From the IMG/VR virus record IMGVR_UViG_3300048802_000008, positions 1-28,005 of that record: a stretch of DNA of 28,005 bases; one strand, given 5' to 3'. The DNA is from a virus (Duplodnaviria; Caudoviricetes). The notes under the pieces are model-generated. The model ran no database searches and was not told the origin of the DNA. It was given only the letters and a program-made list of their open reading frames with translations. Of this stretch, positions 7,594 through 15,788 are shown in pieces (position 1 is the stretch's first letter; each line of letters opens with the position of its first letter). A program made the position numbers and the translations under genes.

Positions 7594-8945
7594 CCGCTTC
7601 CAACTTTCAATTTGATTCAAGATTGCCGAGCAATGTAGAGGCCGAGAAGACCATCCTCGGCGCGATTCTGCTGGACAATGCAGCCTGGGAAGAGGTCCGC
7701 GCAGGACTCAAGAGCGATGACTTTTCGCTCGACAGCCACAAGCGCATCGTTAAGGTAATCGCAGCTCTGATGAAGAACGGCCATGCGGTTGACATTGTGA
7801 CGCTGGCCGCTGAGTTAGATGCGCGCAAAGAACGGGATGCTATCGGCGGTATCGCCTATCTGGCCAGTCTTACTGAGGGGCTTCCACGTCGGCCCGTGAT
7901 CAGCGAGTATATCCGAATTGTTCGTGATAAGTCGGTCCTGTGCAAGTTGATGAACACTTGCTCTCAGGCTATCTCGCGCGCGGCAGAGCAGTCTGAGTCA
8001 GGACTCGTTGTAATTGCGGACCTGATGAGCCAGTTAGAGAAGCTGACCACGCCCAGCCAGAGCGCAAACACAGCGCCGGTCCAGAACTTCATTGTGAGTG
8101 TGGCCGATGAAGTGGTGCGCGACTATCAGCAAAAGACCACGCTCTACATCCCATCCGGTAACTCATGGTTCGACGCGAAGACAGGTGGGGGCTATCGCTG
8201 CGGAAAGATCACCATCGTCGCGGCCAGGCCCAAGGTTGGTAAGTCATCGTGGGGAATCACATCGACGGCATTCAACTGTATGCGCGGTACGCGAGTCGTT
8301 TGGTTCAGCTTGGAGATGGACAAGAAAGAGTTATCTCTGAACTTGGTTCCCTACGTCGTCGATCTGCCTAACATCGTGGCTACGCGGCCAACTGTGAGGA
8401 CTCCTGAGCAACAGGCACTGGTTATGCAGGGTCTCGGAACTCTCGCAGACTGGCCGTGGACCGTTCACGATCAGGATATGGACTGCGATGAGGTTTGCTG
8501 GATCATCGACCGAGAGACACGAGATCCGAGTCCTGTCCTGTTCGTGCTCGACCATTTCGGAAAACTCAAAGGGGCCGGCAAGGTCTTGCGAGAGCGGTAC
8601 GTCGAGAACTCTGACAGGATCATGAAGAAGATGCGCCATAAGAACGCGGCCATGCTGAACCTGATGCAGTTGAAGCCAGTCCCGCGAGAGTTCGCTGACA
8701 AGCGTCCACAGTCAGAGGACGTAAAAGAGAGCGGCAACCCTATTGAGGACTGTTTCGCGTGCGTCCTGCTGCACCGCTACCAGGACAAAGAGACGCTGAA
8801 GATGACCAAGAAGGCGAACATCAATCTGGCGTTGATACGGGGCGGTGGGTCATCGGGCAACGTGGATGGGGAGTTCAATCCTCGCAAGCTATGTTTTGAG
8901 GCAGAGGCCGAGCTTGACTATTCAGATGGGAGTTACTTCGAATGA
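7590..8945 (+). CDS. dnaB: Replicative DNA helicase, DnaB family (divergent C-terminal domain)
   Basis: N-terminal LPSNVEAEKTILGAILLD..DF..DIVTL..IGGIAYLASL; Walker A AARPKVGKSS; FSLEM; KRP..DVKESG. Confidence 0.9.
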   Translation: MTASNFQFDSRLPSNVEAEKTILGAILLDNAAWEEVRAGLKSDDFSLDSHKRIVKVIAALMKNGHAVDIVTLAAELDARKERDAIGGIAYLASLTEGLPRRPVISEYIRIVRDKSVLCKLMNTCSQAISRAAEQSESGLVVIADLMSQLEKLTTPSQSANTAPVQNFIVSVADEVVRDYQQKTTLYIPSGNSWFDAKTGGGYRCGKITIVAARPKVGKSSWGITSTAFNCMRGTRVVWFSLEMDKKELSLNLVPYVVDLPNIVATRPTVRTPEQQALVMQGLGTLADWPWTVHDQDMDCDEVCWIIDRETRDPSPVLFVLDHFGKLKGAGKVLRERYVENSDRIMKKMRHKNAAMLNLMQLKPVPREFADKRPQSEDVKESGNPIEDCFACVLLHRYQDKETLKMTKKANINLALIRGGGSSGNVDGEFNPRKLCFEAEAELDYSDGSYFE

Positions 8946-9142
8946 GCACGCCAGCAAGGGAATATCCGCACGGCAGGACACGACGACACGATGCACGGCA
9001 GCCATTCACCGAGAAGAAGCTAGCTCGGTTGACTGCTGACATACTAGAACACGTAACAGGAGACCGATGTGAAGTCATAAGTCGGGGTCCTACGTGGCAC
9101 ATGATTCTGCGAGTCTGCGGAGATAAGGCGGGACGAGGATGA
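8942..9142 (+). CDS. Hypothetical protein
   Basis: ATGA overlaps at both ends. Confidence 0.55.
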   Translation: MSTPAREYPHGRTRRHDARQPFTEKKLARLTADILEHVTGDRCEVISRGPTWHMILRVCGDKAGRG

Positions 9143-9468
9143 AAGGCAAATCAATGGATGAGAAGAAAGAACCACAAATGTACGAGTTTCTAAGTCTTGA
9201 TTTTCTTGAGGCCATGAATGACATCGGTCGATATGGCTTTGAGAAGTACGGAATAGACAGCTTCCAAGCTCGACGCGCCAAAGGAGATCGATCACGCGGC
9301 CCGCTGAAGAGAACTCAAGGACAGGTCATCGCCGATCACGCACGCGAACACTTCAACCAGTACCTCGGCCACGAAGCACACGACCATTTCAACACCGATG
9401 TTCACCAACTCGCTGCTGTCGCGTTCAATGCGATGATGGAATCCTACTTCGCAGGACTCGTGAAATGA
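9139..9468 (+). CDS. DUF5664 / dATP-dGTP diphosphohydrolase-like protein
   Basis: YEFL..LEAM..YGFEKYG and the C-terminal HQLAAVAFNAMM resemble the G..KY / HL..A..N motifs of this family. Confidence 0.6.
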   Translation: MKGKSMDEKKEPQMYEFLSLDFLEAMNDIGRYGFEKYGIDSFQARRAKGDRSRGPLKRTQGQVIADHAREHFNQYLGHEAHDHFNTDVHQLAAVAFNAMMESYFAGLVK

Positions 9469-9815
9469 GAAATCGGACTCCAATCCGTCGCTACGTCTCA
9501 GTACGCAAGAAGAGGCCCGGCCCTCCACGTAGAGGACAGCCCACAGCAGCCGAAAAGGAAGCGGAGCGCAACCGAGTCTACGACCGATGCGGAGGCCGAT
9601 GCGAACTGAACTTGATGCCGAACTGTTGGAAGGGAGTCCTGCCGCGCACAGGACTTACACCTTGGGACCATTGGCATTTGGTTCACCTTCATAGCAAGCG
9701 CCGGTTCGGATGGACCGAGGCTGAAGGAAACACGCTCCTCGGTGGTTGTCCAGAATGTCACCTTGTTGGAATGCACGAGAAAGGTTTGAAGCCAGAATGC
9801 AAGCAAGAATCCTAG
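9465..9815 (+). CDS. HNH-like (His-Me finger) nuclease with a basic N-terminus
   Basis: R/K-rich N-terminus, RCGGRCE..C, HLVHLHSKRRFG, N..LGGCPECH..H. Confidence 0.65.
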   Translation: MRNRTPIRRYVSVRKKRPGPPRRGQPTAAEKEAERNRVYDRCGGRCELNLMPNCWKGVLPRTGLTPWDHWHLVHLHSKRRFGWTEAEGNTLLGGCPECHLVGMHEKGLKPECKQES

Positions 9816-10993
9816 TCGGCGACGTTCTCGATCGACTCCGCGGGTTACCGGATGAGTCAGTACAGTGTGTGGTGACCAGCCCGCCGTACTGGGCCCTGCG
9901 CGATTATGGCGTGGAAGGTCAGTTCGGACTTGAGAAGACGCCAGAGGAATACATCGCCAAGATGGTAGCCGTGTTCCATGAAGTTCGGCGCGTCCTGCGG
10001 AGTGACGGAACGCTTTGGCTCAATATCGGTGACAGTTACGCCAGTGATCCAGGAAAAGGTGGATCGGGAACCTATAACGGAAACAACGGCCATGGTGAGG
10101 CTTATGCGCGTGAACGCCTGAAAGGCGATAAAGATCCCAAGCGTGGCGATACGGCCAACGGGAAGCCATACCGTGCCGTGCGCGCTGAGGGGATTAAAGC
10201 CAAAGACCTGGTAGGAATCCCATGGATGTTGGCCTTTGCTCTGCGCTCCGATGGATGGTATTTGCGGCAGGACATCATCTGGGCCAAGCCGAACCCGATG
10301 CCTGAGAGCGTAACCGACCGATGCACCAAGAGCCACGAGTACCTGTTTCTGTTGACCAAGAGCGCGCGGTACTACTACGACGCCGAGGCAATCAAAGAAG
10401 ACTGCACGGCGGATCACCTTGCGGGGAACCATTCACACAAAGGATTGACAGCCTACGAAGCGGGCGATGAGCGACACAGGACTAAGCAGGGACTTGTTGC
10501 TTTCGCTCAGAGAACACGACTTGACATGGAAGGCCCTAATAGTCGGATGCACCAAGACAGAGATCCCGCTCATCCAGCAACCCGTAAAGTGCGCTCTCCT
10601 GCCGGATGGAAAACTGGCAACGGCGCTCACGGTTCAATTCACGAGGACGGACGAGAGCAGGAAGTGACCTACGTCGATACCGATTCGACGAAGCGCAACA
10701 AGCGCAGCGTGTGGACCATCGCAACCCAGGCATACTCAGAGGCCCACTTTGCCACGTTCCCGGAGGCGCTGGTTGAGCCGTGCATCCTGGCCGGGAGCAA
10801 AGAGGGCGATACGGTTCTCGAACCATTCTGCGGATCAGGCACAACCGGCGTCGTCGCGCTACGCTATCACCGTGACTTTGTGGGGATTGAACTGAACCCC
10901 ACTTACGCAGGACTCGCACAGAAGCGCATCGGAGAAGAATCACCGATGTTCAACCAAGTAGAAGTTCAACAATCCGCACCAACAGTGAGGTAA
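9797..10993 (+). CDS. N4-cytosine/N6-adenine DNA methyltransferase (beta class, orphan)
   Basis: ILVGDVL, VVTSPPY, LWLNIGDSY, DIIWAKPNPMPES, HFATFPEALVEPCI, EPFCGSGTTG, GIELNP. Confidence 0.93.
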   Translation: MQARILVGDVLDRLRGLPDESVQCVVTSPPYWALRDYGVEGQFGLEKTPEEYIAKMVAVFHEVRRVLRSDGTLWLNIGDSYASDPGKGGSGTYNGNNGHGEAYARERLKGDKDPKRGDTANGKPYRAVRAEGIKAKDLVGIPWMLAFALRSDGWYLRQDIIWAKPNPMPESVTDRCTKSHEYLFLLTKSARYYYDAEAIKEDCTADHLAGNHSHKGLTAYEAGDERHRTKQGLVAFAQRTRLDMEGPNSRMHQDRDPAHPATRKVRSPAGWKTGNGAHGSIHEDGREQEVTYVDTDSTKRNKRSVWTIATQAYSEAHFATFPEALVEPCILAGSKEGDTVLEPFCGSGTTGVVALRYHRDFVGIELNPTYAGLAQKRIGEESPMFNQVEVQQSAPTVR

Positions 10994-11002
10994 GATAAGT
11001 CC

Positions 11003-11341
11003 ATGCAAACACCAGCATTCGTACCCAGAGGAAGCCGCTATTTGGTCCTGCCTGATAGTCTGGGACAGGATAGCGAGACAATCGGAGGAATCACCCTCTC
11101 AACCCCAAAAGACCCAAACAAGCAAGCCATCGAGGGAACAGTCGTAGCCAAAGGTAAGTCCTGCATCGATTACGAACTGGGCGACAAAGTGATGTACGGC
11201 CAGTTCTCAGGCTACGATCTGAATCTCGACGGGACCGACTACAAGGTGCTCGCTGAGAATGAGTTGCTTGGTCAGCATCTCGTAACGCCGTTCGACGAGG
11301 ATCAACCCGTCCTGCCGCTCGTCATGGGCGAGATCGTCTAA
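11003..11341 (+). CDS. groES: GroES-like co-chaperonin
   Basis: PRGSRYLV, mobile loop TIGGITL, EGTVVAKG, GDKVMYGQFSG, DGTDYKVLAENELLG; GAGG RBS. Confidence 0.88.
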   Translation: MQTPAFVPRGSRYLVLPDSLGQDSETIGGITLSTPKDPNKQAIEGTVVAKGKSCIDYELGDKVMYGQFSGYDLNLDGTDYKVLAENELLGQHLVTPFDEDQPVLPLVMGEIV

Positions 11342-11382
11342 CTAACCGCCAACCGCCGCACTCAATAGGAGAAAGAACCGCC

Positions 11383-13128
11383 ATGGCAATCACTATCAAA
11401 ACAGGGAAGGAAGCTCGCGCCGAGATCCTTTCAGGAGCAACGCAACTCAACCAAGTAGTCAGTTCGTCTCTGGGTCCTGCCGGCCGCTGGACCCTATTCC
11501 GCCACGGCAACATGGTCGTGCTCAGTAAGGACGGCGTTACGCTGGCCAACGAGGTCAACCTGCCCGGCGTCTACGAGTCTATGGGTGCCGACCGTCTCAA
11601 GGGTGCAGCGCGCCAGGCTGTGAACGAAGCTGGCGACGGGACCACCACAGCCGTCCTGCTGGCCCACGCCATCCTTGAGGCAGGACACAAGGCCATCGAG
11701 GCTGGTGCGGAGCCGGTGAAGCTCACCAAGGGCATTGACCGGGCGCGCAAGGCCCTCGTAGGTGACTATGATCCTGCCAAGAAGAAGTTCTCCGGCGGGA
11801 TACTCGAAACGCTGGCCATCCCGTGCACTCCTGAACTCGCATTCCAGGCAGCCCGGATCAGCGCCAACGGAGACGATGCGATCGCCAAGGTCGTAGCCGA
11901 CACTGTTCTCAAAGTGGGCGCCGACGGCGATGTGACGTTCAACAAGAGCTTTTCGCAGGACCATGAAGTCGAGTTCCAAGAGGGGTTGGGATTCAACTCC
12001 GGCTGGGCACATCCGATCTTCATCAACGACCCGCAGCGCAACCGGGCCCTGCTCAACAATGTGCTGGTGCTGGTCCTGAACCGCCATCTAAACACGGCAG
12101 ACGAAGTGATGAACATCATGCGGAAGGCGGCCACACGGGCGGCCAAGCAGGACGAGGGCGACAACCAACCCTTTGCCATTCTCATCATCGCCGACGAGTT
12201 CACGCCCGAGGCCCTCCGGCAGCTCGTGATGCACCGCCAGCCGGCACAGATCGACCCCAGGACCGGAAGGAACGTCGGCGGCGACGGGCTGAATATCGTG
12301 GCCGTGCGTGCCGGACTCTTCAAGGATGCGCGCCGGGATCTGCTCGAAGATATTTGCTTGCTCACCAAGGCAACCCGGATCGAGAACCCGCACGGCAAAG
12401 CCTACGAGTCGATGAGCGCCAGTTCCTTTGGCTTGGCCGAGCAGGTCACCGTCACCCAGAGCCGGACCACGATCACGGCAGGACTCGCAGACAAGGACTA
12501 CCGAGCCAACACCATTGATCCATACTTGGCACGGTTGAAGGCGGTCTCAGAGGATACGTCTTTGCGTCCTGACCAGGTGAGCAACCTGAAGTCACGGATT
12601 GCGGCTCTGACTGGCGGCGTAGCTGTCATCAAAATTGGCGGCACGTCGGACAACGAGGTCGAGAAGTTGCGGTTTCAGGTTGAGGACGCTCTTCATGCCA
12701 CTCGGGCGGCCGTCTCAGAGGGAGTCGTACCGGGCGGGGGAAGTGCGCTGCTGTTCGCAAGTGAGATGCTTCAGAGTCCTGAAGATATAACCGATGATGA
12801 GCAGGGAATGAGGCTGCTTCTCAGTGTCCTGTCGAAGCCCATGGAACAAATCGCAACGAACGCTGGCTATGACGGGGAAGCTATCGTAGGGCAAGTCTCG
12901 CGGCCACTCCCATCTGAGGGATACATCCACGGATTCGATGCCTCAACAGGAATGCACGTGGTTAATATGTTCGAGGCTGGCATTGTGGACCCGCTTCGAG
13001 TCGTTCGCTCGTCACTCAATGCCGCGGCAAGTGAGGCCTGCTTACTGCTGCTCACAGAGGTTGTACTGGGCAACATTCCAGAACCAGCACAGCAGCAGAT
13101 GAGTGGGCAAGTCGGAGGCCGTCGGTAG
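11383..13128 (+). CDS. groEL: GroEL-like chaperonin (divergent)
   Basis: SLGPAGR, SKDGVTLA, AGDGTTTA, ISANGD, GGVAVIKIGG, VEDALHATRAAVSEGVVPGGG, AGIVDP; AGGAG RBS. Confidence 0.95.
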   Translation: MAITIKTGKEARAEILSGATQLNQVVSSSLGPAGRWTLFRHGNMVVLSKDGVTLANEVNLPGVYESMGADRLKGAARQAVNEAGDGTTTAVLLAHAILEAGHKAIEAGAEPVKLTKGIDRARKALVGDYDPAKKKFSGGILETLAIPCTPELAFQAARISANGDDAIAKVVADTVLKVGADGDVTFNKSFSQDHEVEFQEGLGFNSGWAHPIFINDPQRNRALLNNVLVLVLNRHLNTADEVMNIMRKAATRAAKQDEGDNQPFAILIIADEFTPEALRQLVMHRQPAQIDPRTGRNVGGDGLNIVAVRAGLFKDARRDLLEDICLLTKATRIENPHGKAYESMSASSFGLAEQVTVTQSRTTITAGLADKDYRANTIDPYLARLKAVSEDTSLRPDQVSNLKSRIAALTGGVAVIKIGGTSDNEVEKLRFQVEDALHATRAAVSEGVVPGGGSALLFASEMLQSPEDITDDEQGMRLLLSVLSKPMEQIATNAGYDGEAIVGQVSRPLPSEGYIHGFDASTGMHVVNMFEAGIVDPLRVVRSSLNAAASEACLLLLTEVVLGNIPEPAQQQMSGQVGGRR

Positions 13129-13136
13129 ATTTTGAC

Positions 13137-13259
13137 TTTCGGTACGACCGGGAACAATCCGGGGCGTTGGGCCGAAACGCTAGCATCGATATAAGCTTGG
13201 CAGCCGGGAAAAGACCGGCACTATCCAACCATCAACCCAGCAGGGCTTTCGAGTCCTGC
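13137..13259 (+). other. Structured intergenic region (three stem-loops), possible ncRNA or leader
   Basis: TTTCGGT/GCCGAAA stem (13137-13177) with an inner CCGGG/TCCGG; GCCGG-GAAAAGA-CCGGC (13203-13219); GCAGGGCT-TTCG-AGTCCTGC (13240-13259). Confidence 0.5.
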
Positions 13260-13286
13260 CAACCAATCTCTTAAGACGAGGAGCTT

Positions 13287-13793
13287 ATGGGGATGAATCC
13301 AAATACGCATCAGTTTGAACCTCTCGACAGTCCCGCTGCTGTCGAACGTGCCCATACAGAAAACTGGAAGATTTTCAAGATGGGCGAGACTATCACAATC
13401 AAAGACACCAAATTCACCGTGAAGGACATTAGTCCGAATAAGCTGGTCCTGCGGCCACATGGAAGCGGCTCGGAAAATCTGGAGTCTCTCGCCGCAAAGA
13501 TCGAGGATTTGAGCGAGCCCAAGCCGTTCGTTCAAGGCATCGGCTGGGCCATCAAGGAAATGCAGAACGGCGCCAAACTCGCGCGTGCTGGCTGGAACGG
13601 CAAGGGGATGTTCCTTTACTACGTCCCAGCGGATAGTTACCCGGCTCGAACCGCTGTCGCAAAAGAACAGTGGGGAGAGAATGCGCTCGTGCCCTATGGC
13701 GCATACGTGGCCATGAAAACGGCTCAGGGAAACGTAGTCCCGTGGCTTGCATCTCAAACCGACTTGCTGGCGACCGACTGGGAAATCGTCTAG
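13287..13793 (+). CDS. DUF2829 (Tad2-like anti-defence sponge) domain fused to an extra N-terminal domain
   Basis: C-terminal GWAIKEMQNGAKLARAGWNGKGMFLY..YVAMKTAQGNVVPWLASQTDLLATDWEIV is the DUF2829 signature; about 80 extra N-terminal residues; GAGGAG RBS. Confidence 0.85.
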   Translation: MGMNPNTHQFEPLDSPAAVERAHTENWKIFKMGETITIKDTKFTVKDISPNKLVLRPHGSGSENLESLAAKIEDLSEPKPFVQGIGWAIKEMQNGAKLARAGWNGKGMFLYYVPADSYPARTAVAKEQWGENALVPYGAYVAMKTAQGNVVPWLASQTDLLATDWEIV

Positions 13794-13801
13794 CGCAGGA
13801 C

Positions 13802-15019
13802 TCAATACCCTCTCGGATAACTGGTAACCCCATGGCGTTTGCGCAAATCAATTGTGCAGGCGCCATGTTTGTTTGTGGGCCTGCCGTGCGCATCCAGTTT
13901 CCCCTGCCGTGCCAGATCGCTCATTACCCATCGGCTTGCAATCTGTGCTGTAAATGCGTCCTTGCCTTGAATGGCGGCGTTCACAGCCTCTTGTGGGTCG
14001 ATGGCTGCTGAGTTGCGGAGAGTGCCGAGCATCATCTTGAGGCAGTCAAGCAAATGGTTATTTTTATTTTGCAATGCCTCTGACGGGTTCCGTGTGAGCA
14101 ACTGCCGGCTGGTCATCTCGACCCGCTTGGCGCGCTTCATCTCCCACAGCAGGTTCGGGCAGTCGAACTCGTGTAGACCAGGCTGGGGCCGGTCACTCGG
14201 TTGTCGGCAGACAATATAGAGCCGTGGTTTGAGTCCTGTCGGCTTCCCCTCCAGAGTCGATATTCCCCTCCACCAGTCAGCCATGACCCACTCGACAAAC
14301 GTCACGTCAGACCGGACCCCGTCATAGGGAGTCATCTTCCACATATTGTTCTTCTTGTAGGTCTGGTAGATGTTCGTCGGAGCGCCCTTGTCGGTGGCCA
14401 CGGCGTCATAGAAGATGGACGGGTCAGCCTTGATCCAGCGCGCTTTCTCCATGTGCGGCATCTTCCGCATGACTTCTACGTTCTGATCCACGTTGTTCTG
14501 CCACTCGTCGGAGCGGAAGCGATAGAACTCGCCAGCTAGGTAAAGCTCTGGAGGGTTCTTGCGTCCTGTCTTTGGATCGAAGCTTTCGCGGGGAACGTAG
14601 CCTTTGAGTTGTGCTGTCGCATTGGAAACGCCGTGGTCAAAGGTGGATACCACGTCGGGGTTGGCCGCCATGTACGGCGGGCCAGGATACCAGTTCGGGT
14701 CCGAGATTACGACGATCTGGTAAAGCTCCTCATTGCCCAGGATGGAGCCGAAGACAGCCTCGCCGCCGGTAGCGTAGGGGTCCATCTCCTGTTCTTTCTT
14801 CCAGCGCGCCTTTGACGAGTATCTGGAGGCGTTTTGCTCGTACCAAATTGCTCCCTTTGGCGTCTCAGGATCGCGGTCAGGCACGGCGCTGTAATGGAGA
14901 GACATGATTGTCAAGCCATTTTTTTTGCGCCGAATGTTTACTCCCCTGATTACCTCTATCCGGGTCTGCGGCGGGACTCCTTCGAGCTTCTTTACGGCTT
15001 CTTGAAGTTTGGTTGGCAT
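13802..15019 (-). CDS. terL: Terminase large subunit, C-terminal (lid plus RNase H-like nuclease) part
   Basis: LHYSAVPDRDP..W..WKKEQEMD..GGEAVF (lid region), STFDHG, YLAGEFY, ADPS and NNHLLDCLK fit TerL nuclease acidic motifs. Confidence 0.75.
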   Translation of the reverse strand: MPTKLQEAVKKLEGVPPQTRIEVIRGVNIRRKKNGLTIMSLHYSAVPDRDPETPKGAIWYEQNASRYSSKARWKKEQEMDPYATGGEAVFGSILGNEELYQIVVISDPNWYPGPPYMAANPDVVSTFDHGVSNATAQLKGYVPRESFDPKTGRKNPPELYLAGEFYRFRSDEWQNNVDQNVEVMRKMPHMEKARWIKADPSIFYDAVATDKGAPTNIYQTYKKNNMWKMTPYDGVRSDVTFVEWVMADWWRGISTLEGKPTGLKPRLYIVCRQPSDRPQPGLHEFDCPNLLWEMKRAKRVEMTSRQLLTRNPSEALQNKNNHLLDCLKMMLGTLRNSAAIDPQEAVNAAIQGKDAFTAQIASRWVMSDLARQGKLDAHGRPTNKHGACTIDLRKRHGVTSYPRGY

Positions 15020-15024
15020 TGGGT

Positions 15025-15783
15025 CTACGTCATCTCCGCATCATTGTTGTGATCCCAGAAGGCTCCCATGTTTGAGGTCGAGTTCATGATGATCTTCGGA
15101 GTGCCGGCGGCCATAGCCTCGTCGAAGGCGGTCATCGCGTCCGGCTGGAAAGCGGATTCATCCGAAAAGAATGCCCATGGGTGGTAGGCTCTGATCTTGC
15201 CTTCGCCTGATGGCAGGACGAACATGACGCTGGAGCCAACACGGAACTCGTTCATCGGCTGCTTGTCGGTTGGCTTCGGCAAAGGGAACTCATCTTTAAG
15301 CCACTGAGGCTGGCTGTCGTAGAGCTGCTTGGCGTAGGTGATGACCTCGGAGCCTTTCTCGTCGGTGATCGTCTGGACGGCTATCTCTCGCTCGTCCACG
15401 AGCATACACTGGAGCGTCAGGTAGGCCGTGATCGCCCAGGTCACCATCATGGTCCTGCTCTTCTCAAAAATCTTCACCCTGTTGGTGTCGTCCTCCAGGT
15501 ACTCGAAGACGACAGGAAAGAACGGCCAGTTCGGAAACGGCTCCCATGGCGTCGGTCGCTTCTGCTCTTTCCAGTGCTGGTTGAAGGTCTTGGTGTAGCG
15601 GGTAGCCCAGGTGAACGTATCCGCAGTGGCAGCGCGGACCTCATCGGCCCGCTTGCGCTGCTCGGTATCCGTGAGTTTGTTCTCGGACCTTACAGCTCGG
15701 TCAATAGACTCCTGCTGCTGTTCCAGACGCATGGCGGCGCGCGCGGCAAGCAGGAGTTCCCGATCTTCGGCGGCGGTACTCAT
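15025..15783 (-). CDS. terL: Terminase large subunit, N-terminal ATPase part
   Basis: WEPFP, IFEKSRTMMVTW (Walker A-like), LPSGEGKIR, FFSDESAF (Walker B) and coupling motif MNSTSN..F just before the stop. Confidence 0.8.
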   Translation of the reverse strand: MSTAAEDRELLLAARAAMRLEQQQESIDRAVRSENKLTDTEQRKRADEVRAATADTFTWATRYTKTFNQHWKEQKRPTPWEPFPNWPFFPVVFEYLEDDTNRVKIFEKSRTMMVTWAITAYLTLQCMLVDEREIAVQTITDEKGSEVITYAKQLYDSQPQWLKDEFPLPKPTDKQPMNEFRVGSSVMFVLPSGEGKIRAYHPWAFFSDESAFQPDAMTAFDEAMAAGTPKIIMNSTSNMGAFWDHNNDAEMT

Positions 15784-15788
15784 CCCAT

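Noticed and set aside
13225-13265. tRNA gene suggested by TTCGAGTCCTGC..ACCA (T-arm-like)
   Set aside because: Extra bases break the T-stem geometry, there is no 7-bp acceptor stem, and no D or anticodon arm can be folded.
15019-15027. Stop-codon readthrough or amber recoding joining the two terL halves
   Set aside because: The two ORFs are in different frames (5-nt gap), and TAG serves as a normal stop for other genes in the window.
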